Notes under the pieces: model-generated | Databases searched by the model: none | What the model saw: only the letters and a program-made list of their open reading frames with translations | Told to the model about the DNA's origin: nothing | In this document: piece by piece, positions 22,331 through 32,361 of the stretch | Position numbering within the stretch: position 1 is the stretch's first letter | Layout: each line of letters begins with the position of its first letter | Made by a program: the position numbers and the translations under genes | Source of the DNA: Candidatus Pacearchaeota archaeon | GTDB lineage: Archaea; Nanobdellota; Nanobdellia; Pacearchaeales; GW2011-AR1 | NCBI GenBank assembly: GCA_026395815.1 | Contig: JAPLXZ010000016.1 | Location: 51,698-115,697, forward strand | Length of the DNA stretch: 64,000 nt | Reading direction: 5' to 3'

Positions 22331-22519
22331 ATGTCTGCAAAAACTTCTTACGCGATTAAAAAAGAACATCTTTGTTCAGTTATGGACAGAGATTTGTTAA
22401 GAAGATTAGATACAGAAATATCAAGTGAATTAAACGTAAGAGAATTATCAAAAAACTTAGATATAGAATTGCCAGAAAAACTTTTAAATTCACAAGGAGG
22501 AAAAAATGAACAAGCTTGA
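22331..22519 (+). CDS. Small hypothetical protein
   Basis: Operon-like spacing. Confidence 0.45.
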   Translation: MSAKTSYAIKKEHLCSVMDRDLLRRLDTEISSELNVRELSKNLDIELPEKLLNSQGGKNEQA

Positions 22520-22706
22520 AAGCCGAGCAAGAGCTGAACTCAAAGCAGAATTGTGTCCATTCACAAGAGATTGTTCTTCAAGCGATTATGGAGATGATGA
22601 TTGTTGCAATACTGCTTCCAATGAAAGTTTTGAAGAATGCGAGTTATATAGACAATTTGTAAAGGAAAGAAACACTAGAGAGTCAGTATATACATTCTTA
22701 AGATAA
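22506..22706 (+). CDS. Small Cys-rich hypothetical protein
   Basis: AAGGAGG Shine-Dalgarno upstream; CPF-x3-C...CC...C-x-LY. Confidence 0.6.
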   Translation: MNKLESRARAELKAELCPFTRDCSSSDYGDDDCCNTASNESFEECELYRQFVKERNTRESVYTFLR

Positions 22707-22714
22707 ATTAATTT

Positions 22715-23593
22715 TTAATCTGCTTCTCCAAGAGAATCATTAACTAATTGAGCCATCACTTTCATGAATTCTTGAGTTCTTTGCTGCCAAGTGTCTATTT
22801 CAACTCCTGTCAGGTCAGTGATTTCTCCATGCGCAATTTTTTTATGAAGAAAAAGCAAATCCCTATACCAAATTACATACTTCATTTTTAATCTTCCAGG
22901 ATTGACAAAAGTTTCTTTCAAATCAACAGAAATATGTTCAGGAGATGCAGGAGGAATTCCTGCAGCAATCAAAGCTGCGTGGCTTGAATCAACCATTGCC
23001 CAATACAATCCTTCAATTGAATTAAGTTCCGATGCTCTGCTCCTTAAAAAATGCGCCGGAGCTCTTTGTAAACAATTGTATATTGCTTCAGGAGTTGATT
23101 TTATCTTGCCATTTATCAATAAATTTTTTAATGGTTCAAAAAATCCAGCGAGATCAATCATCGCTTCCCCATATCTTAAAATGTTTAATATTACAGGATC
23201 GCCTCTAATCAAATCTTCCCACCAGGTAGTTAGTTTTATTGTGTTTATATGAATGCTTTTTTCATAGGGATTGCTTCTCAAAAGCCTGTCGAGTTCTTGC
23301 CTGTACCATGCAGTTAATTCCTGATCCCATCTTATTGCAGCATCGTCAATTATCACAATTATGTCGATATCTGAGCCAGCAACTGAACTCTGCTTCACAG
23401 AAGAACCAAAAAGAATGATTGATTTCATCATCTTGTTGAATACCTTATACGCCTTTGTTGCAAAATCCATTGCAATTTCTGATTCTGATTTTAATTGCAG
23501 GGTTGGATAATTCTTTTTACCTTTCTTAGAATCTTCTTTTGGATGTACCTCTTTCTTAAAATCTTCTTTTTTAACAGTCCCTTTTTTCACCAT
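22715..23593 (-). CDS. Pol-beta-like nucleotidyltransferase with C-terminal HEPN-like domain
   Basis: LFGS-x9-SDIDI NTase motif; helical C-terminus with AMVDSSHAALIAAG resembling HEPN. Confidence 0.75.
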   Translation of the reverse strand: MVKKGTVKKEDFKKEVHPKEDSKKGKKNYPTLQLKSESEIAMDFATKAYKVFNKMMKSIILFGSSVKQSSVAGSDIDIIVIIDDAAIRWDQELTAWYRQELDRLLRSNPYEKSIHINTIKLTTWWEDLIRGDPVILNILRYGEAMIDLAGFFEPLKNLLINGKIKSTPEAIYNCLQRAPAHFLRSRASELNSIEGLYWAMVDSSHAALIAAGIPPASPEHISVDLKETFVNPGRLKMKYVIWYRDLLFLHKKIAHGEITDLTGVEIDTWQQRTQEFMKVMAQLVNDSLGEAD

Positions 23594-23635
23594 CTTTTCT
23601 AATCTTATTATGTTCTGCAGGTTTTTAAACGTTTT

Positions 23636-25384
23636 TTATTCCATTGGTCTTCCGCTCATTCTGCTTCCTTCTCCGCCTTGTCTCTGTCCTCCTAACTCCA
23701 TTGGTAACTGAGAGAAACCTGCTCCAAAAGTTTCATAGTTTGTTTGCGGAAGCATTAATCCCATGCCAGGATAATAATCTTGCTGAAGTCCAAGAGATTG
23801 GTTCCAGTAAGGAGCCATTTGCATAGAATAAATAGGGGAACCAAAAGCTTCTAATGTCTCTTTAAATGGAGGCGTCTTAAAGTGTTGCCACCAACTCCCA
23901 GCCTCAATGATTTTTGTTGCGTCAAATCCTTCTTTTCCTAATTTTTCTAGAATCTCTTTGACTGGAACATTTCCCATACCCATCGGCAATTCTGTGTGTT
24001 CAAACCCAAAATTGTCTGACAGATGAATATGCTTGACAAGAGGAGCAACTTTTTCTGTTTCCTTTATGATATCTTCTTTTTCATATCCCATTTTTCTTAG
24101 CATGTTCAAGTGCCCAACATCCCAAGTGACTCCAATTAGCTTTTCAGCAGCTTTTTCAGCCTCATTCCTGCTCATTCCTTTTTTTCTTGCTTCTTCTACA
24201 AATCTCTCTCTTGACTTTTCTACTATCTCTTTTAATTCTCCTCCTGTGCTGAATGCTCCACCAGCAGGAGGATTTTCAATGCTGATTATAGGAGAAGTAT
24301 CCTTGAATTTTTTATAGGAACTAAGAGCAATATTTGAGATTGTTTTGATTGTATTCTCTTTTGAGAAATCATTTAAGTCTCTGAGCATTTGCGGAGGAGT
24401 AAACTGACCTAGTTTCTCAATTCCTTCGTCAATAATCTCTTTCATGATTGCTACGCTTTTGTAATCTCCAGGAGTCTGATTTATTTTTTTTGCCTTTAAT
24501 TCTATTTCTTTATAGAATTCTTTTATATTGTCTTTTTCAATTGGAGAAGCATTATTGTAAGCATAATCAAAAAGTTTTTTCAAATCTTGGTATGAACTGT
24601 TTAGAAAAGTTTTCCCCCTATTGAATGTTGAACGCATCATTTTCTCATCTGGAGTCCAATCTTTTCCTGCTTTTTTTTCTGCTTCTGCTAGAATGTTTGT
24701 GGCCATAGCATGATTCACTGCTTCTTGTCCCATTCCTGCATAATATTCCAATTGCCTTAAATTTTCATTCCACGATTCTTCATTTATTCTTTTTAATTCT
24801 TGTTTGACGTCGGGCTTTCCTTCTTCTCCTGGAAAATGCCTTTCTTTAATTGGAATCTTTTGAATACCGCCTGTTTCTGTGTTAATAACAAGAGCTTCTT
24901 CTATCTGCTTTCCTTTTGGAGGTATTTCTCCTGGAAGAATTACAGACGAATGAAAAGTTACAGGGATATTCCCCTCTGGATTTACATCATGACTTCTTTC
25001 AACAGCAGAAAACATTTGTCTCTCAGCTGCTTCTCTGTTGCTTTCAGAAAATCCTTCTCTTGTCAAGCCCGATGGTTCGACAATTGGACCATGAACAGAA
25101 ACATCAACTCCTGTTAATTTAGAAAGTCTGTTCATTTCTTTTAATTGCTGTTGCGGGATTGATTCAAAAACCTCAGGAGAAACTGCAGATAATTCAATAT
25201 GTTTTGCTCCTGTATTAAGTTTTATTGAAGCATCCTGAATAATATTCGCTGTTCGGGGATCTGTAGTCATTCCTAATGTCTTTGGATTTATTCGATATCC
25301 AATAAAAACATCTCCGTAATGAGGAGTTAATGCAGAATACCCTCCTTGATATATATCACTTATATGATAATCACCATTTGCCAT
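23636..25384 (-). CDS. Xylose isomerase/AP-endonuclease-2-like TIM barrel with a large helical insert
   Basis: Metal-ligand motifs SVHGP, ISIEN, TWDVGH, HIHLSDN, HTELP and IIE. Confidence 0.75.
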   Translation of the reverse strand: MANGDYHISDIYQGGYSALTPHYGDVFIGYRINPKTLGMTTDPRTANIIQDASIKLNTGAKHIELSAVSPEVFESIPQQQLKEMNRLSKLTGVDVSVHGPIVEPSGLTREGFSESNREAAERQMFSAVERSHDVNPEGNIPVTFHSSVILPGEIPPKGKQIEEALVINTETGGIQKIPIKERHFPGEEGKPDVKQELKRINEESWNENLRQLEYYAGMGQEAVNHAMATNILAEAEKKAGKDWTPDEKMMRSTFNRGKTFLNSSYQDLKKLFDYAYNNASPIEKDNIKEFYKEIELKAKKINQTPGDYKSVAIMKEIIDEGIEKLGQFTPPQMLRDLNDFSKENTIKTISNIALSSYKKFKDTSPIISIENPPAGGAFSTGGELKEIVEKSRERFVEEARKKGMSRNEAEKAAEKLIGVTWDVGHLNMLRKMGYEKEDIIKETEKVAPLVKHIHLSDNFGFEHTELPMGMGNVPVKEILEKLGKEGFDATKIIEAGSWWQHFKTPPFKETLEAFGSPIYSMQMAPYWNQSLGLQQDYYPGMGLMLPQTNYETFGAGFSQLPMELGGQRQGGEGSRMSGRPME

Positions 25385-25425
25385 GGATTATAGTAGTAAA
25401 ATTAATTTATTAATTTATCTAAAAT

Positions 25426-26010
25426 TTATTTTAATCTGAATGGCTTATACTTTTTTTGTTCAGTTTCAAAAGGAAGCTTTTTTATATCTTCAAAAATGTC
25501 CCATTCAACAGACTGTGAATCTATGTTTGAATTTTCACTTTTCCAACTTCTGTCTGAAGGCATTAAAAATTCTTGCCTCATTGATTGACTATCTTTTCTT
25601 GATAGTACAGGAGGAACAAAATTTGTTTCATATTTCCTTTCCTCTTGTTCATCATTCACAGAAAAATTATATTTTGGCTCATTTGTAAGGTTTGACACTG
25701 TCGAATAATCTATTCTTTTGTTTTCTGTTTTTGCTGTCTGATTTGGAATTTCTACTTCTTGCTGAGTTTGTGTTACTCTGTTAATTCTTTCAAGAACTGG
25801 CGACCGTGTTGCAATTTGCGGAGCAACTTGCGGAACAAATTCCTTGAATTCATTGAATTCTTCTTCAATTTCCTCTTCTTCATTTTTTTCTTCAACTTTC
25901 TTTTCTAAATCAGATTCTTTACCCTCGCTTTTTTTTATCTCACTTTCCTTTGGTTTCTTTTTTTTATCTTCTTTAGAATCAATTTCTTTTCTACTCTGCT
26001 TTTTTTTCAT
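25426..26010 (-). CDS. Hypothetical low-complexity charged protein
   Basis: K/E-rich; 3 nt from the upstream gene. Confidence 0.65.
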   Translation of the reverse strand: MKKKQSRKEIDSKEDKKKKPKESEIKKSEGKESDLEKKVEEKNEEEEIEEEFNEFKEFVPQVAPQIATRSPVLERINRVTQTQQEVEIPNQTAKTENKRIDYSTVSNLTNEPKYNFSVNDEQEERKYETNFVPPVLSRKDSQSMRQEFLMPSDRSWKSENSNIDSQSVEWDIFEDIKKLPFETEQKKYKPFRLK

Positions 26011-26013
26011 GTT

Positions 26014-27522
26014 TTAAGTATAACTTGGCATACCGTGAGCTTTTTTATACACATCAAATATATTAAATACGAGTTCTTTTGCATTAAATGCTGTTAAGGG
26101 CCTGAAATGATTTATTTCAATCCAGCTATCTGGAGTAACAATTATTCCTTTTGGTTTTTCTTCTTTTTTTCCTGGTATGTTTTTTTCATTGTATACGCCA
26201 AACATTGCTAAAAAAGGATTTGAACTGTCTTTTGGTTTCTCTTCCTTTTCTGTTTCTTCTTCTAAGAAAGAATTTATTTCCTCTTCCAATCCTCCCAAAC
26301 TATCCGATGTTGTTCCTTCAATCAAACTAAGAATATCATTAACTTCTGATTTTTTCATTTCTTCGTCTATTTTTTTCAATTCATCGTCGTTTAGAGAATA
26401 AGCCCTAAAGGTTACTTCTGCTCTTCCGCCGAATACATAATGTGCTTGTTGGCTTACTCTTTGTGGAATTCCCCTGAAAGTGAAATCAACTAAGATGCAG
26501 CTGTAGTATTTTCTTTTTAACGTTCTTTGAAACCTTTCTCCTGAAAAATCAGCAGGAAGATTTCCCTTTAATGCTTCATCATGAATGTTCAATTCAGTTT
26601 TTCCAAGCAGAGTCAATTCAAGCATTATAGTATTGAATGTCTTCACTAATTCTGGTTCCATTCCAGGTTCTTTGCTTTCAAGGTCCTGAGCTGCTCTTAA
26701 ATACGGTTTTACCCATCTTGCATACAATTTCAAACTATTCACCTGGCTTCTTAAATAAGTTTTTTCCAATTCATACCTTTTTCTTAATTCCCTCTCTGAT
26801 TCCCTTAGCCATAGGCTAAATTCTTGTATTCTTGGTTTTAGAATTCTTTTGACTCTGTCATTCAAATCAATATTGTCTATATCTTTATCATCTTTTGCAA
26901 TTAAAAATGCGTCAATCAAAGTTTGATAACCTGCTTGTCCCAATGCCATTGCTTTTATGCTTGAATTTCCTTTCATAATATCTACTTTATCCATCCATAT
27001 TTGCTTTAATGCTAATACAGAAGCCTGTTGTTCTTCTCTTTTGCCTGACTTCAATCCTTGATAATGCTCAAGCCTTATCTTGAATTCTTTCAAATCATAA
27101 ATTATATTTAAAACGCTTCTAAGAACAGTATTCACATCTCCAAGAAGCTTGGTTGCTTGTTGCTGCATTATCGTTGCTCTTTGTCCCAATTCAGCAAAGT
27201 GTCCGCTTCCAGGAGTTGAACTGAAGTTATCAATGTACTTTTTCGGAGAGAGCGCGAAGTCATTCAATAAATCTATAATAAAAAAATAGATTGGTTCTAA
27301 AGTTTCTGAAGAAGAATCATAAACAAGTTTATGCGATGCTTCTGCTCCTTTTTTGTTTAATTCAAATCTCTCGCCTTCTTTGGAGTATATAATAGCCTGG
27401 GGTATGACTTCTTCTGTAGGAATATTCTCAGGAGAACCATATTTCCTAAGAAGTTCAAACCCGTTTTTTGCATAAAGCCATGGATTAATCTTCCCAATAA
27501 TCTGTTGAATACTTACTACCAT
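26014..27522 (-). CDS. Hypothetical protein with coiled-coil core
   Basis: 502-aa ORF with no recognisable family motif. Confidence 0.8.
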   Translation of the reverse strand: MVVSIQQIIGKINPWLYAKNGFELLRKYGSPENIPTEEVIPQAIIYSKEGERFELNKKGAEASHKLVYDSSSETLEPIYFFIIDLLNDFALSPKKYIDNFSSTPGSGHFAELGQRATIMQQQATKLLGDVNTVLRSVLNIIYDLKEFKIRLEHYQGLKSGKREEQQASVLALKQIWMDKVDIMKGNSSIKAMALGQAGYQTLIDAFLIAKDDKDIDNIDLNDRVKRILKPRIQEFSLWLRESERELRKRYELEKTYLRSQVNSLKLYARWVKPYLRAAQDLESKEPGMEPELVKTFNTIMLELTLLGKTELNIHDEALKGNLPADFSGERFQRTLKRKYYSCILVDFTFRGIPQRVSQQAHYVFGGRAEVTFRAYSLNDDELKKIDEEMKKSEVNDILSLIEGTTSDSLGGLEEEINSFLEEETEKEEKPKDSSNPFLAMFGVYNEKNIPGKKEEKPKGIIVTPDSWIEINHFRPLTAFNAKELVFNIFDVYKKAHGMPSYT

Positions 27523-27608
27523 ATTTATTTTAAGGATAAAGTGTTTAAAAAATGTTTCTACTATTTATCTTTCGCTAAATTTAAAAACAACTTGTCTTTA
27601 TATAATCC

Positions 27609-27947
27609 ATGGGATTATTCGGAAAGAGTAAAAAAGAGAGGGTAGTTGATTTAACTCCAGGTTATAAAAGACAACAGGAAAAATCAGCACAGGCTTCGTC
27701 CGATACCTCGCAAAAAAGTTCTTCTAATTTTGGATTCCTTGGAAATTTAGCTTCAAGCCAAAATTCTTCTACCAATGAAGCAAATTCTGGCTATGTTAAT
27801 ATGTCAGAAAGCGAAGACAAAAAGAAAAAACTTGGAAAGATGCTGATGGATTTAACTAAAAGGATTGAAGATTTATCGAATCAGATTTATCATTTAAAGC
27901 AAAGAATTGAGCTTTTGGAAAAAAAGTTGAAGATTAGTTTTGAATAA
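27609..27947 (+). CDS. Hypothetical protein with C-terminal coiled coil
   Basis: Heptads in LTKRIEDLSNQIYHLKQRIELLE; divergent from the preceding operon. Confidence 0.7.
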   Translation: MGLFGKSKKERVVDLTPGYKRQQEKSAQASSDTSQKSSSNFGFLGNLASSQNSSTNEANSGYVNMSESEDKKKKLGKMLMDLTKRIEDLSNQIYHLKQRIELLEKKLKISFE

Positions 27948-27992
27948 ATTTATTAACTCTATTTCTTTTAATGATTTATGAAAGGAGGTAAG

Positions 27993-28450
27993 ATGAAAAG
28001 AAGAATGAATAGGAGAGGGCAATTAGCAACAGGAACAACCGATAAACCAAAAGAAGTTCCAGTAGGAGTAAAGATAATTTCTATCTTGGGTTATATCGGC
28101 TCTGGTTTTTTATTGCTTGCTGGAATAATATTGATGGTTGGGGGGGAATGTTAAGTTCTATAATCGATGAAAATCCAATACTTGGAGTATTAGGTGCTGG
28201 TTTATTTATTATATTAGGAATTTTATTAGTTGGTCTTGGAATTTTACAAATTTTTATTGCGAGGGGTTTATGGAGAGCAAAAAAATGGGCAAGAATTGTA
28301 GAGATAATCCTTATGTGTTTGGGAATGCTTTCATCTATAGTATCTATGATTCAGGGAAATATTGCAGGCAGCGTATCAAGTCTTGTAATAAGTGGAGTTA
28401 TCGGAGGATATTTATTATTTAGCAAGAAAGTAAAAGAAACATTCGCTTAA
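27993..28450 (+). pseudogene. Membrane protein frameshifted at a G7 tract; paralog of 28539-29066
   Basis: AAGGAGGT SD then ATG 27993 (MKRRMNRRGQ...IILMVGG); adding one G at 28140-28146 joins it to the ORF at 28148-28450. Confidence 0.75.
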
Positions 28451-28538
28451 TTTTTTTCTTTATTTTTTCTTTTACTTTTTTCTTTTTGAATAAATTTATT
28501 AACTCTATTTCTTTTAATGATTTATGAAAGGAGGTAAG

Positions 28539-29066
28539 ATGAATAGAAAGAGACATAAAATGAACAGAAGAGGGCAATTTGGAGCAAGATTAATAAACGG
28601 ATCCAAAGATTTGCCTTTAGGAATAAAAGTGGTTTCTATTCTAAACTATGTTGGAGCATTACTAGGAATTGCCTTTGGAGTCTTAATGCTTTTAGGAGGA
28701 AGTATCTTAGTTTTAATATCTAAAACTGTACCTATACTCCTGAGCTTAGTTTTTATTGTTTCTGTTGCTAGTTCAGTTGTAACAGCTATTTTTGGGCTTT
28801 TATTCACTCCGAGAATGTTTATAGTAGGAATCTCTGTAATTCTATGTGCAGTTTTAACATTGTTTATTGGAAGAGGCTTGTGGAAAGCAAAAAACTGGGC
28901 AAGAATAGCAGTAATAGTCTTGTTTTGTTTAGGGGTACTAAGGGTAGGATTAACTTTCATTCAATCTAAAGCAGTTCAGGTTAATGGAATTATCTCTCTT
29001 GTGCTTTATTTGCTCATTATAGGATACCTCTTATTCAGCAAGAAAGTAAAAGAAGCATTCGCTTAA
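28539..29066 (+). CDS. Multi-pass membrane protein
   Basis: AAGGAGGT SD before ATG 28539; GLWKAKNWAR and LLFSKKVKEAFA match the upstream paralog. Confidence 0.8.
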   Translation: MNRKRHKMNRRGQFGARLINGSKDLPLGIKVVSILNYVGALLGIAFGVLMLLGGSILVLISKTVPILLSLVFIVSVASSVVTAIFGLLFTPRMFIVGISVILCAVLTLFIGRGLWKAKNWARIAVIVLFCLGVLRVGLTFIQSKAVQVNGIISLVLYLLIIGYLLFSKKVKEAFA

Positions 29067-29147
29067 TTTTTTTCTTTTTTATTTTTCCTTTATTTTTCCC
29101 TTTTTATTTTTGAATAAATTTATTAATCCTTCTTCTTTTAATTATTT

Positions 29148-30356
29148 ATGAAAGATCTGGAGAAAAAAACAAGAGCATATGCTTTGAAAAACGCATTAGC
29201 TCATGAAGGAAAAGCAATGCAATCTCCTGTCATATCTTCTTTGTTTAACGAAGGATTAAAAAGAAGCGAAGTTGGGAAGTATGGGAAAAAAATTTCAGAA
29301 ATAATTCTTAGTGTAAATTCTTTATCAATTGAACAACAACAAAAAGAATTTGAGAAATTAGAAAAGCAGGTAAGTGAGAGGCCTGCGAGAGAGGGGCTTG
29401 AAGAACTTCCTGATGTAGACAAGAAAAAAGGGGTTATAATGAGATTTGCTCCATCACCTTCAGGACCAATGCACATAGGACACGCTGCTACTGCATGCAT
29501 CTCTTTTTTATATTTCAAAAAATACAGGGGAAAATTTTATTTTAGAATAGAAGACACCAATCCAGAAAATATTTACCCTCCTGCTTACAAGATGCTTGAA
29601 GATGAAGCCAAATGGCTCTTTGATGACAAAGCAAAAATTATAATCCAATCAGAAAGAATGGAAATATATTATAACTACATTGAAAAACTGATTAAGAAAA
29701 AAGCAGTATATGTTTGCAAATGCTCTTCTGAAAAATTTAAGGAGTTTGTTGAAGCCAAAAAGAATTGTCCTTGCAGAAAATCGGATGTGAAAGAAAATAT
29801 TGTAAGATGGAAGAAAATGCTTGACAAGAATGGCTTTAACAGCGGAGATGCTGTTATAAGATTTAAATCGAATATGAAAGATAAAAATCCTGCAATGAGA
29901 GATTTTCCATTAGCAAGAATAAATGTTGAAAAACATCCAAGGCAAGGAAACAAATACAGAGTTTGGCCATTGATGAATCTTGCTGTTGCAGTGGATGACA
30001 TTGAATTGAAAATGACGCACATTATAAGAGGGAAAGATCACAGAGACAACGCAGAAAGGCAAAAAATGATTTACAAAACATTGAATAAAAAATTTCCTTG
30101 GACTGCTTTTTTAGGAAGAATTCATTTTAAAAATATGGAGCTTTCAACTACAAAATTCAGAAAAGATATTGAAGAAAAAAAATATTCTGGATGGGATGAT
30201 AAAAGATTGCCAACAATAGCATCATTAAGAAAGCAAGGATATCATCCAGATGCATTCTGGAAACTATCAGAACAAATTGGCTTATCTGAAAGCGATAAAG
30301 TGATTGACAGAGAGGAATATTTCAGATTATTGGATAATTATAACCTCAAAGATTAA
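29148..30356 (+). CDS. gltX: Glutamyl-tRNA synthetase (archaeal type, C-terminally short)
   Basis: RFAPSPSGPMHIGH, RIEDTNP, THIIRGKDH and WDDKRLPT. Confidence 0.92.
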   Translation: MKDLEKKTRAYALKNALAHEGKAMQSPVISSLFNEGLKRSEVGKYGKKISEIILSVNSLSIEQQQKEFEKLEKQVSERPAREGLEELPDVDKKKGVIMRFAPSPSGPMHIGHAATACISFLYFKKYRGKFYFRIEDTNPENIYPPAYKMLEDEAKWLFDDKAKIIIQSERMEIYYNYIEKLIKKKAVYVCKCSSEKFKEFVEAKKNCPCRKSDVKENIVRWKKMLDKNGFNSGDAVIRFKSNMKDKNPAMRDFPLARINVEKHPRQGNKYRVWPLMNLAVAVDDIELKMTHIIRGKDHRDNAERQKMIYKTLNKKFPWTAFLGRIHFKNMELSTTKFRKDIEEKKYSGWDDKRLPTIASLRKQGYHPDAFWKLSEQIGLSESDKVIDREEYFRLLDNYNLKD

Positions 30357-30446
30357 AGTATTAAAAAGTTCTGACGTATTTTATAGAGATAAGAAACATT
30401 TTTAAACTAAAACTAATTAATTATATTAATTTAAAAGGAGGTTAAC

Positions 30447-30911
30447 ATGATGAGAGACAAAAGAGGCCTTTCAACAATCGTTACAACACTTATAATAATT
30501 GTTTTGGTGTTGGTTGCAATAGGGATTGTTTGGGCTGTTGTTAGAAATGTCATACAAACTGGTAGTGGGACTTTAGACATTAGTGCAAAATGTTTGAATG
30601 TTGATGTAAGAGCATCACAAGCAAACTGTAGTGATGGAACTCCCAATAAAGTCTGTCAGGTTACTTTGGTACGAACAGGAACAGGAAATGATGTAATTGC
30701 TGGAGTTAAATTAGTGTTCAGAAATACTACAAGTGCAAAGGTCTATGACGCTGAAGGTAATATAGAACCTGTAGCAGGAAGAGTACTAACAAACGTTCCT
30801 ACAGGAATATTAAGTGCTACATTTATAAGCAAAGTGGAAGCAACAGTTTACTTTGAAGATGAATCAGGAGTTGCTAAGTATTGCTCACAAACGACTTCTT
30901 TTACTTTTTAA
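30447..30911 (+). CDS. Archaeal type IV pilin-like protein
   Basis: Class III signal KRG|LSTIVTTLIIIVLVLVAIGIVW; GGAGG SD; T-tract terminator. Confidence 0.85.
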   Translation: MMRDKRGLSTIVTTLIIIVLVLVAIGIVWAVVRNVIQTGSGTLDISAKCLNVDVRASQANCSDGTPNKVCQVTLVRTGTGNDVIAGVKLVFRNTTSAKVYDAEGNIEPVAGRVLTNVPTGILSATFISKVEATVYFEDESGVAKYCSQTTSFTF

Positions 30912-30916
30912 TTTTT

Positions 30917-32110
30917 TTAATCAAGTCGTTTGTGCAATGACTTTTTAATTATGTAAATGTCGTCATTTTTCCTTACTTTTGAAACTTTTAGTCCTATCTC
31001 CATCCCTTTTTCTGCTTTCTTAATTATTTTATTATTAATCTGCATTGATTCAATTCTTGAATTTACTATTCCTGTTGCACTTCCAATTATTACAATTTCA
31101 TCTCCTACTTTTAATTCAGAAACTAATCTTATTGCTGCAACTCCGGCCTTATCAAAATAATGGGTAACTTTTCCAACAAAATGTTTCATTTCTTCAGAAG
31201 CGTTATGCTCTATTCTCGCGAAATCATCTGATGTTGGAAGATGTAAATAAAAACCAGAAGAGAATCCTTTATTATAAACTCTCTTCAATTCTCTAATCCC
31301 TTCTCTAATTTCTTCTTCATTTAAGGCTTTATCGAGTGCCTTTCTATAGATTCTTACTACAACATCAACATACCTTGGATCTCTGTTTCTTCCTTCTATC
31401 TTAAACGCCCTTATTCCTGCTTGTTTCATCTTTTCAATAAATGGTAGGGTGCAGAGGTCTTTCGCTGAAAGAATCTTGTTGTTTTCAAGTCTCAATTCAT
31501 TTCCTTCATCATCTTTTACAACATAACTTCTTCTGCATGGATGCAAGCATTCTCCACGATTTGCAGATTTATCGAATAAGAATTGAGAAGTAAGACATCT
31601 TCCAGAAATAGCAGTGCACATAGCTCCATGAACAAAGCATTCTATATCAATAACTTTTGATATCTCTTTAATCTGCTTTAAATTTAGCTCACGAGCAAGA
31701 ATAATTCTTTTTGCTCCCAACTTCTTGTAAAATCTTGCTGCTTCTATGTTTGAAACACTTGCTTGCGTAGAAATAAAAAAAGGAATTTTATTCTTTTTGC
31801 AAACTTGAATTACTGCCATGTCCCAGCAGATTATTGCATCGACTTTTCCCCTTACCTTTTTTATTGTTTCACCTATTTCCGTTAATTCGCTATTGTAAAT
31901 AATAGTGTTTAATGTCAAGTATCTCTTCACTTTCTTTGGCTTACATATCCCTTCTATTTTATCTAAGTCTTCTATTGTAAAATTTCCTGCATTTGCTCTC
32001 ATCGAAAATTCTTTCAGTCCAAAATAGACAGCGTCTACTCCTGCATTGACAGCAGCAACAAGCATTGCAAAATCTCCTGCAGGTGCCAATAACTCATATT
32101 TGTTTTTCAT
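30917..32110 (-). CDS. U32 family protein (RNA hydroxylation, TrhP/RlhA-like)
   Basis: ELLAPAG, HGAMCTAISGRC, NRGECLHPCR and KIEGR. Confidence 0.92.
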   Translation of the reverse strand: MKNKYELLAPAGDFAMLVAAVNAGVDAVYFGLKEFSMRANAGNFTIEDLDKIEGICKPKKVKRYLTLNTIIYNSELTEIGETIKKVRGKVDAIICWDMAVIQVCKKNKIPFFISTQASVSNIEAARFYKKLGAKRIILARELNLKQIKEISKVIDIECFVHGAMCTAISGRCLTSQFLFDKSANRGECLHPCRRSYVVKDDEGNELRLENNKILSAKDLCTLPFIEKMKQAGIRAFKIEGRNRDPRYVDVVVRIYRKALDKALNEEEIREGIRELKRVYNKGFSSGFYLHLPTSDDFARIEHNASEEMKHFVGKVTHYFDKAGVAAIRLVSELKVGDEIVIIGSATGIVNSRIESMQINNKIIKKAEKGMEIGLKVSKVRKNDDIYIIKKSLHKRLD

Positions 32111-32258
32111 TTTAATAAAGTTTCATATTGGTTAACTTTAAAAACTCTTTGAAATTGATGTTTTTATGACAGCTAAAATGTCTTACTGCCGGCATCATTA
32201 GGAACGATTTTTTTAGCTGTGCGAATATTTTTATACCTTTTCTTCTTAAATTAAATAT

Positions 32259-32355
32259 AGATACCTTGGTTATGCGATTTCCATCGGAGGCAATTGAAGA
32301 AATCGTTTCTTCAGTGCTTAAAAGGAAATTGAGTGTTAAGAAACCGCAGGTGTCT
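32259..32355 (+). ncRNA. Candidate structured RNA in the tRNA-His leader
   Basis: Closing stem AGATACCT/AGGTGTCT, 8-bp hairpin TGAAGAAA-TCG-TTTCTTCA, TATA at 32228-32235. Confidence 0.4.
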
Positions 32356-32361
32356 TACAAT

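Larger units (their letters stand above)
27938..29154 (+). repeat. Three copies of a promoter/start segment and two copies of a gene end plus T-rich terminator
   Basis: TTTTGAATAAATTTATTAA...TTTATGAAAG at ~27938, ~28484 and ~29108; AGCAAGAAAGTAAAAGAA.CATTCGCTTAATTTTTT at both gene ends. Confidence 0.85.
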
